Assembly (NCBI GenBank): GCA_965206595.1
Contig: OZ242214.1
Span: forward strand, 1,824,001-1,888,000
DNA: 64,000 nucleotides
Direction of reading: 5' to 3'
Source of the DNA: Candidatus Latescibacterota bacterium
Lineage (GTDB): Bacteria; Latescibacterota; UBA2968; UBA8231
The position numbers were made by a program, and so were the translations under genes. Under the pieces are notes generated by a model, which was not told the DNA's origin, did no database searches, and saw only the letters and a program-made list of their open reading frames with translations. Shown piece by piece: positions 43,347 to 54,672 of the stretch (the stretch's first letter is position 1; each line of letters starts with the position of its first letter).

Positions 43347-44591
43347 TTACGAAACCAATGGTCCCTTAGAAGACCTGGGCAACGGCTCGACCACGGAAAC
43401 GGCACAGTGCTCCGGGGTGAAGCAGGTCAGCAGGCAGTGCTCGACATCCTGTTTGCGAACCTGCTCAAGAGCTACAGCGTAATCGAAGGGCCGCGCACCG
43501 CGGCTAACCGCGCCGTGGGCCATGGCGGCGCAGCTCTCGATATCTTCGTAGCGAAACAGCAGCGTTCCGTACGCCTTGCGGGCGGCGCGCTCGAAGTCGG
43601 CGCTCGCAATCCCGTCCCGAACTGCCTTGGACAACCGCTTCCGTACTGTTTCCTCGAAGCGTCCCGCATCGGCGACGTCCCCCCCTGTCAATGCGAAAAC
43701 GAACGCCGGATCGGCGTAGATTTCCCAGCCGAAACTCTCACCATCGATCTCCCCCACCTCGTACTGGTCGGCGAAGAACTCGCTGGACGGCCCGAAGAGG
43801 ATGTCCGCGGCCATGTCGAGGCAGATCTCCTTTTTGAGCAGCTCGGCCCCATCGATCCCGCACTCGCTGTCGTGAAAGGCCAGATACACGCGCGGACGCG
43901 CTACTGCGAGCCGGGAACAGACCCGGTCGGGCGCCGGAACTGGAGCCTGCCTCACGGGCATCTCGCCGGCCTGGTTGCGGCGAAGATAAGAGGAATATGC
44001 ATCGACAACCTCGCATAGCTCCTTCGGCTGCACCTTTCCCGATGCGAAAAGGGAGATGCGTCCGGCGCTGTAGAAGTGTTCGTGGCAGGCGCGCAGCATC
44101 GGGCCGTCGATCTCCCTCAAGCTCGCGGGGGTCCCGGCGATGTCGATGCCGATCAGATGATCCGGGTAGAGGGCGCGCAGGGCGTTGGTGAAGCAGACCG
44201 ATTCGACGTTGTCGGCGAACAACTCGATCTCGTGCGCAATGATACGCCGCTCGCGCTCGACCCCTTCCCCTGTGAGGTGCAGTTCGAGAGCCAATCGCAT
44301 CAGGAGCTCGACGCTGCCCGTCAGGCCTTCGGCGCAGGTGACGGAAAACGAGGTCTGCGTGAACGAGGTCTGCGCGTCGACCTCGGCGCCGAGCACTGCA
44401 AACCTCGCGCTGATATCTCCCTCTTTCTTTTCGAAAAGACGGTGCTCGAGAAAGTGGGCGACCCCCGGAGGAGCCCCCACGGACAGCCTGTCGATGGCGC
44501 CGTACTCGACCGCAAGCAGGGCGTGGGACTGCTGTGCCTCCGGCTTCGAGTGGACGTACACGGGGATCGGGCCGCGGCCAGCTGACACCAA
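43347..44591 (-). CDS. M16B zinc peptidase, YmfH-like (true start probably about 40-60 nt further upstream)
   Basis: YGAID, PPGVAHFLEHRLF (HxxEH), AQTSF..T, VERER.II..EI, DIAGT, LFGPSS. Confidence 0.88.
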   Translation of the reverse strand: MVSAGRGPIPVYVHSKPEAQQSHALLAVEYGAIDRLSVGAPPGVAHFLEHRLFEKKEGDISARFAVLGAEVDAQTSFTQTSFSVTCAEGLTGSVELLMRLALELHLTGEGVERERRIIAHEIELFADNVESVCFTNALRALYPDHLIGIDIAGTPASLREIDGPMLRACHEHFYSAGRISLFASGKVQPKELCEVVDAYSSYLRRNQAGEMPVRQAPVPAPDRVCSRLAVARPRVYLAFHDSECGIDGAELLKKEICLDMAADILFGPSSEFFADQYEVGEIDGESFGWEIYADPAFVFALTGGDVADAGRFEETVRKRLSKAVRDGIASADFERAARKAYGTLLFRYEDIESCAAMAHGAVSRGARPFDYAVALEQVRKQDVEHCLLTCFTPEHCAVSVVEPLPRSSKGPLVS

Positions 44592-44654
44592 CAGGCGCTC
44601 GCCGATTCGGGGTTCCCGGATTTCATTCAGGCGAAAGGAGATCGCTGCCTCCGC

Positions 44655-45998
44655 TCAACCTGCGGCTGCGGTTTTTCTGTTACCGAGGAAAAAGGTCGTG
44701 TCCAAAGCGGTTTTGCGCGCCATGAAGGCGATCTCTTCGGAAGTTACCGATCGCAGTTGCTCGTCCAGGTGGGCTGGTAAAGCCCTCACCCCGGCGATGC
44801 GACGCTGCAAATGGAATCGGACCAGCGATTCCCGGTCTCCCCCCATCGAAGAGAGGCGTTGCAGGGCCGCTGTCCTCGCCATCTCCAGCTCTTCCTGCAA
44901 TGGACCGCGATCCCGGAGGGAGTCGAGTTGGAAATCGATCTGGCGGCGCGTCTCCGCATAGTCGACTGCATCGACACCGGCCTCGATGAACAGCAGCCCG
45001 CAGAGCGGTTCGATGAACGAGGCGACGTGATAGCAGAGCCCCCTGTCCTCCCTGAGAGACCGCTGCAGGCGGGAATGAAGATCTGCCCCCAGCAGGAAGT
45101 CGAGGAGCAGCATTGCCGGGTACGCGGGGTCGACGACCGTTACGCCGGTGCGGTATCCACACACCAGCTTCCCCTGCTGAATCGCCTCTTCTTCCACCAC
45201 CTCCCTCACTTCGGCACCGGGTGCCGCGGGCAGGGGCGGCAAGGGAGGGACATACTCACGCGGCCACGAGAACAGCTCTTCACAAAGACCGAGCACCCGT
45301 TCGCGCGGCTCCCCCCCGCTGACGTAGATGTCTATTCCGTGCCGTTTCAGGCCATCACGGTGAGACGCAAGCAGGCCGGCGGCTTCGAGCTGCGGCAGAT
45401 CTTTACACCTGCCGTGGGGGGCGGTTCCGAACGCTTCTCCCGCACACATGATCTCGATGCAGCGGCGGTGGGCGTACGCCGTCTTGTCGCTGAAAACAGA
45501 CTCGATCTCATTCCTCAGAGCTGCTTTCTCCTGGTCCACCGCCGCCTTCGGAAAACCACATGGATTCCCCTCGACCTTGGGGTCGCGGAGCACGTCGCGG
45601 AGAAAGCGGAGGCCCTGCCCAAGGAGATCTTCCCGCTCCGGCAGGTAGCCTGGGTCGACGACTTCGAGAGTTACGTGCAGGATCTGGCTGCCCCCGATCT
45701 GATCCACACCGACCCCGAAGCCCGCCCCGTAGAGAGCATCGAGAAAGCAGTTGAGGCGACGCATGTCGGGCAGCGAGGACGTACCTCGCTCGAGCAGGCG
45801 CGCGATCAGGGCGCGCTCCGTCGCCTCCGGTGAGCGCAGTTCCGAGATCAGGAAGATGTCGACACGGGTTGATTTGTACTGCGAGCTGGGATGCAGGTGG
45901 AGATTGACGCCGTCCGCGAGTGGGTGGGTGTCGATTTCGCAGGTAGCGGGAGCATCGCCCCGATGACCGGTGGGTGCCGGTTTGTACTGCGCCGGCAA
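44655..45998 (-). CDS. M16B peptidase inactive subunit, YmfF-like
   Basis: GVNLH....YKS, RALIARLLERGT, LYGA, EK..L...I....DK..YA, IQQGKL, LG....SRL...LRE..GLCY; no HxxEH; start uncertain (TTG 45998). Confidence 0.82.
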   Translation of the reverse strand: MPAQYKPAPTGHRGDAPATCEIDTHPLADGVNLHLHPSSQYKSTRVDIFLISELRSPEATERALIARLLERGTSSLPDMRRLNCFLDALYGAGFGVGVDQIGGSQILHVTLEVVDPGYLPEREDLLGQGLRFLRDVLRDPKVEGNPCGFPKAAVDQEKAALRNEIESVFSDKTAYAHRRCIEIMCAGEAFGTAPHGRCKDLPQLEAAGLLASHRDGLKRHGIDIYVSGGEPRERVLGLCEELFSWPREYVPPLPPLPAAPGAEVREVVEEEAIQQGKLVCGYRTGVTVVDPAYPAMLLLDFLLGADLHSRLQRSLREDRGLCYHVASFIEPLCGLLFIEAGVDAVDYAETRRQIDFQLDSLRDRGPLQEELEMARTAALQRLSSMGGDRESLVRFHLQRRIAGVRALPAHLDEQLRSVTSEEIAFMARKTALDTTFFLGNRKTAAAG

Positions 45999-46261
45999 AA
46001 GCGAGGAGTCGGATGGATTCCCGCGGGAAGAAAGCGGGAGTTCCCTTCCATTTATGGGTCGCAATGCGTGAGGTATTCGAGGGTGGTTTGGCACTCCCGA
46101 AGGAGTTGGAAATGGGAGCGCCTGCAGTGGACGGGCGGCAGCTGATTCGACCAATGTACGGCCGGCATCGCAAAGAGCAAGCGGCCTGGCGGCCCTTTGC
46201 CGAGCCCTGGCGCTGTCGTAGCTTCGGGAAAACACGACGCCCACCCACCTGCGTTACCGCC

Positions 46262-47047
46262 ATGGAAACGGATTCGACGACGGAAGACAGACCCCCCTCT
46301 CCTCTCGGCAACATCTCGGTGATCCTGGTCGAGCCGGGAACACCAGGCAACATCGGGGCGGTGGCGCGGGTGCTCAAGAACACCGGGATCGGGCAGCTGT
46401 CCCTTGTAAATCCCGGTAACTGGGACGTTCCGGAGACCCGGTGGATAGCGCATGCTTCAGGGGAGATCCTCGACAACTGCACCGTATTTCCCGATCTGGG
46501 TACCGCTGTCCGACAGGCCAATCTCGTAATCGGGACGACCTGCCGAGGGGGCCGCCTGCGAGAGCTGGAGGACGACTATCGCAGTCTCCTTCGCAGAGCC
46601 TGCGATTGCGCCCGCAGCCATCGCGTCGCCATTGTGTTCGGGCGCGAGCGGGACGGGTTGTGGTCGCGGGAGCTCGAGCAGTGCCACTGGCTGCTGCGCA
46701 TTCCCGCTGCGGTCCCCTACCCTTCATTCAACCTCTCCCACGCAGTACTGTTAGTCGCCTACGAGCTCTTTCACGCTGCCTGGGAAAAGACCTCCTGCCC
46801 GCCAGCGGCAGGACCTGTTGAGGCTGACTTGGCCACCGCGCAGCAGACCGAGCGCCTCATCCGCAACGTTCTCGACGCCATGGGGGCGATCGGATTCAAG
46901 GGGTACAACGACGACCCGGAAACCTTCGCCCGGGTTCTGCGGCGCTTCCTTACCAGGACTCCTCTGGAGAGGCGCGACGCCATGGTCATCCACCGCGTCT
47001 GCAGCCAGATAAGGAAATTTTCGCAGGAACTGCGCAGAGGGGGTTGA
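46262..47047 (+). CDS. SPOUT RNA methyltransferase, TrmJ/LasT family
   Basis: ILVEP..PGNIGAVAR..KN.G..L.LVNP, GTT.R, VFGRERDGL, IP....YPSFNLSHAV. Confidence 0.9.
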   Translation: METDSTTEDRPPSPLGNISVILVEPGTPGNIGAVARVLKNTGIGQLSLVNPGNWDVPETRWIAHASGEILDNCTVFPDLGTAVRQANLVIGTTCRGGRLRELEDDYRSLLRRACDCARSHRVAIVFGRERDGLWSRELEQCHWLLRIPAAVPYPSFNLSHAVLLVAYELFHAAWEKTSCPPAAGPVEADLATAQQTERLIRNVLDAMGAIGFKGYNDDPETFARVLRRFLTRTPLERRDAMVIHRVCSQIRKFSQELRRGG

Positions 47048-47066
47048 GGCGGTTACCGGGGTGCCG

Positions 47067-48083
47067 TCAGCTTCCAGGTTCGAGCCAGCGTGCAAACCAC
47101 TGCAGGGAGCGCTCCTCCATCTGTTTGGAGAAGGCGTGCCCTGTATCCGGTTCGATCCACAGGGCGATGCGGTCGGCCGCCCCGGCGGATTCATAGAACG
47201 GAACCGCCTCTTCATATGTACGGCGGGTGCTCGGTGGGGGCACGAAGGGATCCTCGGCTCCGGTCATCAGCAGCAGGGGCCTGGGTGCCAGAAGCTGGCT
47301 GATCCTGGAGGCATCAATGGTCTCCAGCCCGGGATAACGGCTGCGGAATGCTCCCAGGGCCGCGGTGTTGGAAGCCGCGGAGCGGCGCAGTTCTCGGGCA
47401 AGTGGGAGCCCCGGGAATACCACGCGCCAGGAGCCGGAAGCGAAGATCTCCTCCCAGCTGAGCTGCCCGGCTACCGAGACCACGACGCCGACTCTGGCGT
47501 CGAGGGCTGAGATCAGCAGCGCTTCCATTCCCCCCATCGACAACCCGAGCATGCCGATGCGGCCGCGGGCCGCCTCCGGTCTGGTACCGATGTAGTCGAC
47601 CGCCCTCATGAGGTCGTGCACATACTCCCCCCAGACCTTGACCAGGCCCTTGCGCCGGATGGCGGCTCCGGAATCGCCGCCGCGCTCGCCGTGGTATGGC
47701 CTGTCGATGCTGAGGACGAAGAAGCCCTGCCGCGCCCACCTCGGCAGCAGCTGCAAGGGCTGCATCAGATCCTCTTTGCGATTGGGACTGCCCGGCATGC
47801 AGAGTATGGCCGGCGCCGGGCGGTGACGGGCGAGCTCGGAATAGCAGACAAGCGCCGGGATGAAATCTCCCCGCCTGCCCTGGAAGCGGACCGACTCGAT
47901 TACGGTATCCCGTTTCTTCCAGCGCGACACCAGCTTGGCTTCCAGTGGGTTGCGAAACTCCGGAATTCCGAGGGCGGCGCGCACCTCCTTGCGGGTGACG
48001 GCGGGGTCCCCCTGGCAACCGGACCACCCGAGAAGGAAGCACAAGGCAGTTGCCAGCCGGGGCGGAATATCAGCGGGTTTCAC
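47067..48083 (-). CDS. Exported alpha/beta hydrolase (dienelactone hydrolase / acetyl xylan esterase-like)
   Basis: Lipoprotein-like N-terminus; [12 protein letters not shown], nucleophile GLSMGG, APRPLL...G..D, GH. Confidence 0.82.
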   Translation of the reverse strand: MKPADIPPRLATALCFLLGWSGCQGDPAVTRKEVRAALGIPEFRNPLEAKLVSRWKKRDTVIESVRFQGRRGDFIPALVCYSELARHRPAPAILCMPGSPNRKEDLMQPLQLLPRWARQGFFVLSIDRPYHGERGGDSGAAIRRKGLVKVWGEYVHDLMRAVDYIGTRPEAARGRIGMLGLSMGGMEALLISALDARVGVVVSVAGQLSWEEIFASGSWRVVFPGLPLARELRRSAASNTAALGAFRSRYPGLETIDASRISQLLAPRPLLLMTGAEDPFVPPPSTRRTYEEAVPFYESAGAADRIALWIEPDTGHAFSKQMEERSLQWFARWLEPGS

Positions 48084-49044
48084 GGCCGACTGCTTCCAAG
48101 TCGCTGTCGACCATCATCCGCACCATCTCCTCGAAGCTGGTTTTCGCCTCCCACCCGAGAACCCTCCGGGCATTGCCGGCATCGCCGCGAAGGATCTCCA
48201 CCTCCGCGGGGCGCATGAATTTCTCGTCGACCACGACGTGGTCTTCCCAGTGAAGTCCGGCGCAGGCGAAGGCGACCTCGCAGAAGTCCCGGATCGAGCG
48301 GTCGACCCCGGTTGCGATGACGAAATCCTGCGGCTTCTCCTGTTGCAGCATAAGCCACATCGCTTCGACGTAATCCCCGGCAAATCCCCAATCGCGGCGG
48401 GAGTCGAGGTTGCCGAGAGCGAGCTGATCTGCCCGTCCATGCTTTATCCGCGCTACACCGCGGGTCACCTTTCTCGAAACGAACTCCAAGCCGCGCCGCG
48501 GGGACTCGTGGTTGAAAAGGATACCCGCGCAACAGTGCATGCCGTACGATTCACGGTAGTTGATCGTGATCCAGTGGGCGTAGAGCTTGGAGACCGCGTA
48601 GGGAGATCGCGGGTGGAAAGGGGTGGTCTCGTTCTGGGGAGTTTCGCGAACCTGGCCGAACAGCTCGCTGCTGCTGGCCTGGTAGAATCGAATGTTTTTG
48701 TCGACCATGCGGATCGCTTCCAGGAGCCGGGTAACACCGAGCCCGTTGATCTCGCCGGTGAGCAGCGGTTGCTCCCACGAAACCGGGACGAACGACTGCG
48801 CTCCGAGGTTGTAGACCTCGTCCGCCCGCGCCTCCTGAATGGCTCCCTGCAGGGAATTCTCGTCGAGCAGATCGCCCGAAAGAATCTCGATGTCATCCTG
48901 GATGTGGGCTATGCGCTCGAAATTCACCGTGCTGCTGCGGCGGGTCAGCCCGTACACCCGGTAGTCCCGCGCCAGCAGGAACTCGGCGAGATAGGATCCG
49001 TCCTGTCCCGTGATTCCCGTTATCAGGGCGCTCCTGGGGTTCAC
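48070..49044 (-). CDS. gmd: GDP-mannose 4,6-dehydratase
   Basis: [58 protein letters not shown]. Confidence 0.97.
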   Translation of the reverse strand: MNPRSALITGITGQDGSYLAEFLLARDYRVYGLTRRSSTVNFERIAHIQDDIEILSGDLLDENSLQGAIQEARADEVYNLGAQSFVPVSWEQPLLTGEINGLGVTRLLEAIRMVDKNIRFYQASSSELFGQVRETPQNETTPFHPRSPYAVSKLYAHWITINYRESYGMHCCAGILFNHESPRRGLEFVSRKVTRGVARIKHGRADQLALGNLDSRRDWGFAGDYVEAMWLMLQQEKPQDFVIATGVDRSIRDFCEVAFACAGLHWEDHVVVDEKFMRPAEVEILRGDAGNARRVLGWEAKTSFEEMVRMMVDSDLEAVGRETR

Positions 49045-51968
49045 GATAACCCCGGTCCAGAACCCCCGTACGATTCTACCGGCGGACAGGTGCAGACGAG
49101 GTTGCGGTCTCCTGCGGCGTTGTCGACACGGGCAACCGACGGCCAGAATTTATGGTTTTTCGTCCACGGGGCGGGCCGGCAGGCGCGTTCCCGGGAATAA
49201 GGGTGGTTCCAGTCTTCGTCCAGGATCATGTCGAGCGTATGCGGCGCGTTCTTCAGGGGATTGTCCAGCGGATCGGACTTGCCCGCCTCGATCTCGGCGA
49301 TTTCCCCGCGGATCGCGATCATGGCGTCGCAGAAACGGTCGAGTTCCGCCTTGGATTCGCTCTCTGTCGGCTCGACCATCATTGTCCCCGGAACCGGGAA
49401 ATGGACCGTTGGAGCGTGGAAGCCGAAATCCATCAGGCGCTTGGCTACGTCGTCGACTTCGATTCCCACAGACCTGAAGGACCGCAGGTCGAGAATCGCT
49501 TCGTGTGCTACGCGCCCGCTGGAGCCGCGGTACAGGACCGGGAAATGTGGATCGAGCCTCGAGGCCACGTAGTTGGCGTTGAGAATTGCGACCTCGGTGG
49601 CGTCCCGGAGGCCCGGGCTTCCCATCAGTCGCAGGTAGGCCCATGAAATCAGGAGAATCAGGGCGCTGCTCCAAGGGGCTGATGCGACCGGCCCGATAGC
49701 GTTGGCGCCGCCCACGGGAATTATGGGATGTCCGGGCAGGAAATCACGCAGGTGCTCGGCCACGGCTATCGGCCCCATCCCCGGCCCCCCGCCACCGTGC
49801 GGAATGCAGAAGGTCTTGTGCAGGTTGAGGTGACAGACATCGACCCCGAGATCCCCGGGCAGGCACAGGCCGACCATGGCGTTCATGTTTGCCCCGTCCA
49901 TGTAAACCTGGCCGCCACGGTTGTGAATGACCTCGCAGATCTCGCCGATCCCTTCCTCGAACACCCCATGTGTCGACGGATAGGTCACCATCAAGGCACC
50001 CAGGCGGTCGGCGTGGGCGTCGGCCTTGGTGCGCAAATCCTCGAGATCTATGTTGCCCTCCGCATCGCAGGCCACGACGACTACGGTCAGGCCTGCCAAG
50101 GAGGCCGAAGCAGGATTGGTACCGTGGGCGGACGCGGGAATCAGACAGACGTCGCGCCGGCCGCCGAACCGAGTTTCGTGATATCTGGATATCACCAGCA
50201 GTCCGGCGTACTCCCCTTGTGAACCGGCATTCGGCTGCAGGGAGACAGCTGCCAATCCGGTGATGTCGCAAAGCATTTCCTCCAGATCGGTGAAGATCCG
50301 CTGGTATCCCAGGTTGATTTCGACCGGTGAGAATGGGTGAATGTCGGCAAACGCGGGCCAGGTGATCGGCATCATTTCCGCGGTTGCGTTCAGTTTCATG
50401 GTGCACGATCCCAGCGGGATCATCGAGGTGGTCAGCGAGAGATCCCGGGCGTCGAGCCGACGCATGTAGCGCAGCAGCTCGGTCTCCGAGCGATAGGAGT
50501 GAAACACCGGGTGCGTCAGGTAAGGGCTCTCCCGTAACAGGCTCGGATCCCACGCCGGCGGTTCGCCGCCCGGCTCCGGGGCCCCTTCGGTCGAAAGCTC
50601 GCTGCCGCATGCCTCGGCAAGGACAGCGCGGAGCGCGTCGGCATCTCCCGGCCCGGTAGTCTCGTCGAGGGTGATGCAGATGTTCTCGCCGTTTAAGCGG
50701 CGCAGCTCGATCCCACGCCTGCGGGCGGCCTCGACCACCGCGGCGATCACGCTACTGCCTGCCTGCAGGCGGATGGTATCGAAAAACTGGCGGTGGACGA
50801 GGCGGTACCCGAGCTGTTCGGCCACCCCGGCAAGCCAGGCGGACAAGTGGTGAATCCTGGCGGATATGGTGCGCAACCCCTCGGGACCATGGTAGACGGC
50901 ATAGAACGAGGCAACCACCGCGGGAAGCACCTGTGCCGTGCATATGTTGCTGGTCGCCGTCTCGCGGCGGATGTGCTGCTCCCGGGTCTGCAGGGCCATT
51001 CTCAGCGCCCTTCTTCCCGTTGCATCCCGGGATACGCCGATGATGCGGCCGGGTACCTGCCGCCTGAATTCTTCCCGCGCCGCAAGGTAGGCTGCGTGTG
51101 GGCCGCCATACCCCATCGGCATGCCGAAGCGCTGCGCGCTCCCTACCGCGATGTCGGCGCCGAACTCCCCCGGGGGCGTCAGCAGTGGCAGGGCCAGCAG
51201 TTCCGCGGCGACGGCCACGAGGGCACAATTCTCGTGGGCGCGGGAGCAGAATTCACGGTAGTCGCATAGGGCTCCGTCGCTTGCCGGGTACTGCAGCAGG
51301 CAGCCGAACACGGGATGGGCACCGAGGTCGAAGCTATCGTGGTCCCCTTCGACGATGTCGATCTTCAGGGGTCGCGCCCTGGTTCGGAGCACGGCCTTGG
51401 TCTGCGGGTGGCACGCAGAGGACATAAAGAAGGCCCGCGAGTGGTTCCTGCGTTTCTGCCTTTTCATCATTGCCATTGCCTCGGCGGCGGCGGTTCCCTC
51501 GTCCAGCAGGGAGGCATTGGCGAGCTCGAGGGCGGTGAGATCGCAAATCATGGTCTGAAAGGTCAGCAGCGCTTCGAGCCGTCCCTGGGCGATCTCGGAT
51601 TGGTACGGCGTGTAATGGGTGTACCAGGCGGGATTTTCGAGGATGTTGCGCTGGATGACAGGTGGAGTGATGCAGCTCGCGTACCCCGTGCCCACGAAGG
51701 AACTCACCCTCTCGTTCTGTCGAGAGATCTCCTCCAGTTCCCCGAGGAGGTCGCGCTCGCTGACCGCCTCCCGGTAACGCAGCTCCCGCCGCGAACGAAT
51801 GGTGGATGGGACCGTCTCTTCAATCAGCTCATCGAGCCGTTCCGCCCCGAGGCTGTGCAACATTTGCTCCTGTTCCCGCGGACCGGGACCTATGTGCCGT
51901 CGCGGGAATCCTCCACTCTCCGAAACAGCCACGCCATCAGTCGAGTTGGCGGGATCGCGACTCTCCAT
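49041..51968 (-). CDS. gcvP: Glycine dehydrogenase (decarboxylating), single-chain P protein
   Basis: [68 protein letters not shown]; start set at MESRD. Confidence 0.97.
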   Translation of the reverse strand: MESRDPANSTDGVAVSESGGFPRRHIGPGPREQEQMLHSLGAERLDELIEETVPSTIRSRRELRYREAVSERDLLGELEEISRQNERVSSFVGTGYASCITPPVIQRNILENPAWYTHYTPYQSEIAQGRLEALLTFQTMICDLTALELANASLLDEGTAAAEAMAMMKRQKRRNHSRAFFMSSACHPQTKAVLRTRARPLKIDIVEGDHDSFDLGAHPVFGCLLQYPASDGALCDYREFCSRAHENCALVAVAAELLALPLLTPPGEFGADIAVGSAQRFGMPMGYGGPHAAYLAAREEFRRQVPGRIIGVSRDATGRRALRMALQTREQHIRRETATSNICTAQVLPAVVASFYAVYHGPEGLRTISARIHHLSAWLAGVAEQLGYRLVHRQFFDTIRLQAGSSVIAAVVEAARRRGIELRRLNGENICITLDETTGPGDADALRAVLAEACGSELSTEGAPEPGGEPPAWDPSLLRESPYLTHPVFHSYRSETELLRYMRRLDARDLSLTTSMIPLGSCTMKLNATAEMMPITWPAFADIHPFSPVEINLGYQRIFTDLEEMLCDITGLAAVSLQPNAGSQGEYAGLLVISRYHETRFGGRRDVCLIPASAHGTNPASASLAGLTVVVVACDAEGNIDLEDLRTKADAHADRLGALMVTYPSTHGVFEEGIGEICEVIHNRGGQVYMDGANMNAMVGLCLPGDLGVDVCHLNLHKTFCIPHGGGGPGMGPIAVAEHLRDFLPGHPIIPVGGANAIGPVASAPWSSALILLISWAYLRLMGSPGLRDATEVAILNANYVASRLDPHFPVLYRGSSGRVAHEAILDLRSFRSVGIEVDDVAKRLMDFGFHAPTVHFPVPGTMMVEPTESESKAELDRFCDAMIAIRGEIAEIEAGKSDPLDNPLKNAPHTLDMILDEDWNHPYSRERACRPAPWTKNHKFWPSVARVDNAAGDRNLVCTCPPVESYGGSGPGLS

Positions 51969-53094
51969 CAGCCCCTTTCTTCTTTCGCCTCGTCCGTACC
52001 CGGCTCGGTACCATCGGCAGCGCCGCCACTCCAGCCGGATGTAGACTTCCCCTGATGTCGATCTGGAGCCGTCCTCGGGCAGTCGCCGCGGGGTCGAGGA
52101 AGGCAAGGGCGATACCTTGGCGCAGGGTCGGCGAATAGGTACCGCTCGATAGCGAGCCGACCACTTCCCCATCGGCCAGGACCTCATACCCGGGGCGAGG
52201 CACGGCACGCCCTTCCACCGCCAGGCCGGTCAACTTTCTGTACCCACCCCGTGCGCGGAGGGCGACAAGGGCTTCGCGTCCGATGAAATCCCTGTCCGGC
52301 CTGTCATCGAGGCGGAGGATGCGGTCGAGACCTGCTTCCAGCGGGGTGATTTCCTCGTTCAGCTCGTGGCCGTACAGGCAGTACCCCATCTCCGTGCGCA
52401 GGGTGTCCCTGGCGCCGAGGCCGACCGGTGTGGCTTCAAAGTCGCGGGCGGCGCGCCACAGCTCAGGAGTCAGGGCAACCGGGCACATGATTTCGAACCC
52501 GTCCTCTCCAGTGTATCCGCTGCGGCTGACGACGAGATCGGACCCGCCGAAAAGGAACCGTGAAAAATGGAAATAACCCAGTTTCCCCGCTTCCTGCCCG
52601 ACCAAGGCGGCGGTTACGCGTTCCGCTTCGGGACCCTGAATGGCGACCATCCCGGTAGCTGGACTTCTGTCCTCGACGATGGCCTCGGTACGATGGGCAG
52701 CCTTGGTTATCCATTCGAGGTCGGCATCGATTCGCCCAGCGTTTACGACCAGGGTGAACTCCGTCTCACAGAGGCGATAGACCGCCAGGTCGTCGACAGT
52801 GCCTCCTCGTTCGTTGCACATGACGGCGTACTTCATTGCCCCGACCCGGATCCGGGCAACGTCGACGGGGAGCAGGTGCTGCAGGAAGTCTACGCTTCCA
52901 TGTCCGGCGATACGCAGCTGACCCATGTGGCAGACGTCGAAAATGCCAACCCCGGAACGAACGGCGAGGTGCTCTTGACCGATGCCGCGATACTGAACGG
53001 GCAATTCCCAGCCGTTGAAAGGGACCATCCTGGCTCCCTCGGCACGGTGGATTTCCCTGAGGACGGTTGTTTTTAATGGGTAACCTTTTTCCAC
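51937..53094 (-). CDS. gcvT: Glycine cleavage system aminomethyltransferase T
   Basis: [51 protein letters not shown]. Confidence 0.96.
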   Translation of the reverse strand: MEKGYPLKTTVLREIHRAEGARMVPFNGWELPVQYRGIGQEHLAVRSGVGIFDVCHMGQLRIAGHGSVDFLQHLLPVDVARIRVGAMKYAVMCNERGGTVDDLAVYRLCETEFTLVVNAGRIDADLEWITKAAHRTEAIVEDRSPATGMVAIQGPEAERVTAALVGQEAGKLGYFHFSRFLFGGSDLVVSRSGYTGEDGFEIMCPVALTPELWRAARDFEATPVGLGARDTLRTEMGYCLYGHELNEEITPLEAGLDRILRLDDRPDRDFIGREALVALRARGGYRKLTGLAVEGRAVPRPGYEVLADGEVVGSLSSGTYSPTLRQGIALAFLDPAATARGRLQIDIRGSLHPAGVAALPMVPSRVRTRRKKKGADGESRSRQLD

Positions 53095-53720
53095 AGGTCA
53101 TCGGCGGCTTGCTCGAGCTCCGTCAGAGTGCCGCTGTTGTGGACCACAATGTCTGCGGCGGCGACTTTGTCCGAAGTCGGCGCCTGCGCACGGGTGCGCC
53201 TGGCTATCTCTTCCGCGGTTGTGCCGCGACTGGAGATAAGGCGGTTGTCCACTGCGGATGCGTCAGCCACCATGGCGACAAGCAGGTCTAACCGATCCTG
53301 AACCCCCCACTCCAGAATCAGAGGGGCATCAAGGATGACAGCGCCAGGCTCCGTTGTTGCCCGCCGGCAGGCATCGACCCGCATCCAGAGCTCCGGCTCG
53401 AGCAGTGGACGCAGTATTAAGGTCAAAGTCTGCAGAGTCCCAGGATCGGAGAACACAACCCTGCCGAGCTTCATGCGGTCGACACGGCCAGAGGCGTTCA
53501 GTACTCCGCAACCGAATGAACCGGTCACTGCCTCGACCACTTCCGGGTATTCAAGCACCTCATGGGCGACCTGATCGGCATCGACTACGAGAGCGCCCCG
53601 CCTCGCGAGCATTGCCGCAAAGGTCGACTTGCCGGCGCCCATGTTTCCCGTGATCCCGATTAGCTGGACGGGCGTCACAGAAAAATCGCCGCCTTGGCCG
53701 ACGGTTTCCGGATAATCCAA
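53073..53720 (-). CDS. coaE: Dephospho-CoA kinase
   Basis: IGITGNMGAGKST, DAD..AH, DR.KLG..VF, DAPL..E, AD.V..N.G; true start may be the GTG of VTPVQ. Confidence 0.92.
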   Translation of the reverse strand: MDYPETVGQGGDFSVTPVQLIGITGNMGAGKSTFAAMLARRGALVVDADQVAHEVLEYPEVVEAVTGSFGCGVLNASGRVDRMKLGRVVFSDPGTLQTLTLILRPLLEPELWMRVDACRRATTEPGAVILDAPLILEWGVQDRLDLLVAMVADASAVDNRLISSRGTTAEEIARRTRAQAPTSDKVAAADIVVHNSGTLTELEQAADDLWKKVTH

Positions 53721-53788
53721 GGTACTTCTGTCAGAAGGACTTCAGGAACTTCGCCAAGAGAGAGGCGAACCGAAAGTCGGTTTTCGCC

Positions 53789-54646
53789 TCAATCTCGACC
53801 TTGCAGGAACTTGAAGAACTCTGTGTCGAGGGGTTGCACGAGGACGGTGTTCTCGGTGAGAGATTTTTCATACGCCTCGAGAGTGCGGGTGAACTCGTAG
53901 AACTTGCCGGCGTTCTTGTACGCCGCGGCGTAGATCTTGAGGGCTTCCGCATCACCTTCGCCGCGAATTCCCTGGGACTGTTCGTACGCCTCGGCGCCGA
54001 TACTCGCCGCCTCGAGATCGGTCTCGGCGCGAATCTTCAATGCCTGCTCCTCACCTTCGGCTCGGTAAGTCTTGGCTTCCCGCTCTCGCTCGGCTCTCAT
54101 GCGGTTGAATACGTAAGCTTCGTTCTCAGGCGGAAGGTCCGCCCTCTTGACGCGCACATCGACGACTTCGATGCCGTACGGCCGCGCCGCTTCATCGGAT
54201 CGCGTGGTCACGTCGAGCATGATCTCCTCGCGATTGCTCGCCACCACTTCCGTCAGCTCGTGCTGACCCAGTTCCTTGCGCAGCTCGGAGAACACGATGT
54301 CATCCAGGCGGGCAGTCGCCTCGTCGACGGTGCGAAGCGCTTTCATGAACACCAAGGGTTCGACGATACGCCAGCGGGCGTAATTGTCGAGAAGGAGGAT
54401 TTTCTTGTCCTTGGTATAGATCGGATCTGGGTTGGCGTCGTAGTCGAGGAGGCGTTTGTCGAAGTAGTGGACCTTCTGAATCGGGCCGGGAAGCTTGTAC
54501 TGCAAACCAGGTTCGGTGATCACTCTAATCGGTTCGCCGAACTGAGTGACGACGGCCAATTGAATCTCAGTCACCGTGAAAAGGACGAGATTGGCACCGA
54601 AAACGGCTACGGCAACTGCTATGACGAAGGCGGCGGCGGAACGCAT
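53789..54646 (-). CDS. hflC: FtsH modulator HflC
   Basis: TM, VTQFGEP, EPGL, FDKRLL, TKDKK, WRI..P, GIEVVDVRVKRADLP, RMRAER, FYEF.RTLEAY. Confidence 0.93.
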   Translation of the reverse strand: MRSAAAFVIAVAVAVFGANLVLFTVTEIQLAVVTQFGEPIRVITEPGLQYKLPGPIQKVHYFDKRLLDYDANPDPIYTKDKKILLLDNYARWRIVEPLVFMKALRTVDEATARLDDIVFSELRKELGQHELTEVVASNREEIMLDVTTRSDEAARPYGIEVVDVRVKRADLPPENEAYVFNRMRAEREREAKTYRAEGEEQALKIRAETDLEAASIGAEAYEQSQGIRGEGDAEALKIYAAAYKNAGKFYEFTRTLEAYEKSLTENTVLVQPLDTEFFKFLQGRD

Positions 54647-54672
54647 TGACCGGGTGACTTCCTTCCTTGCTC

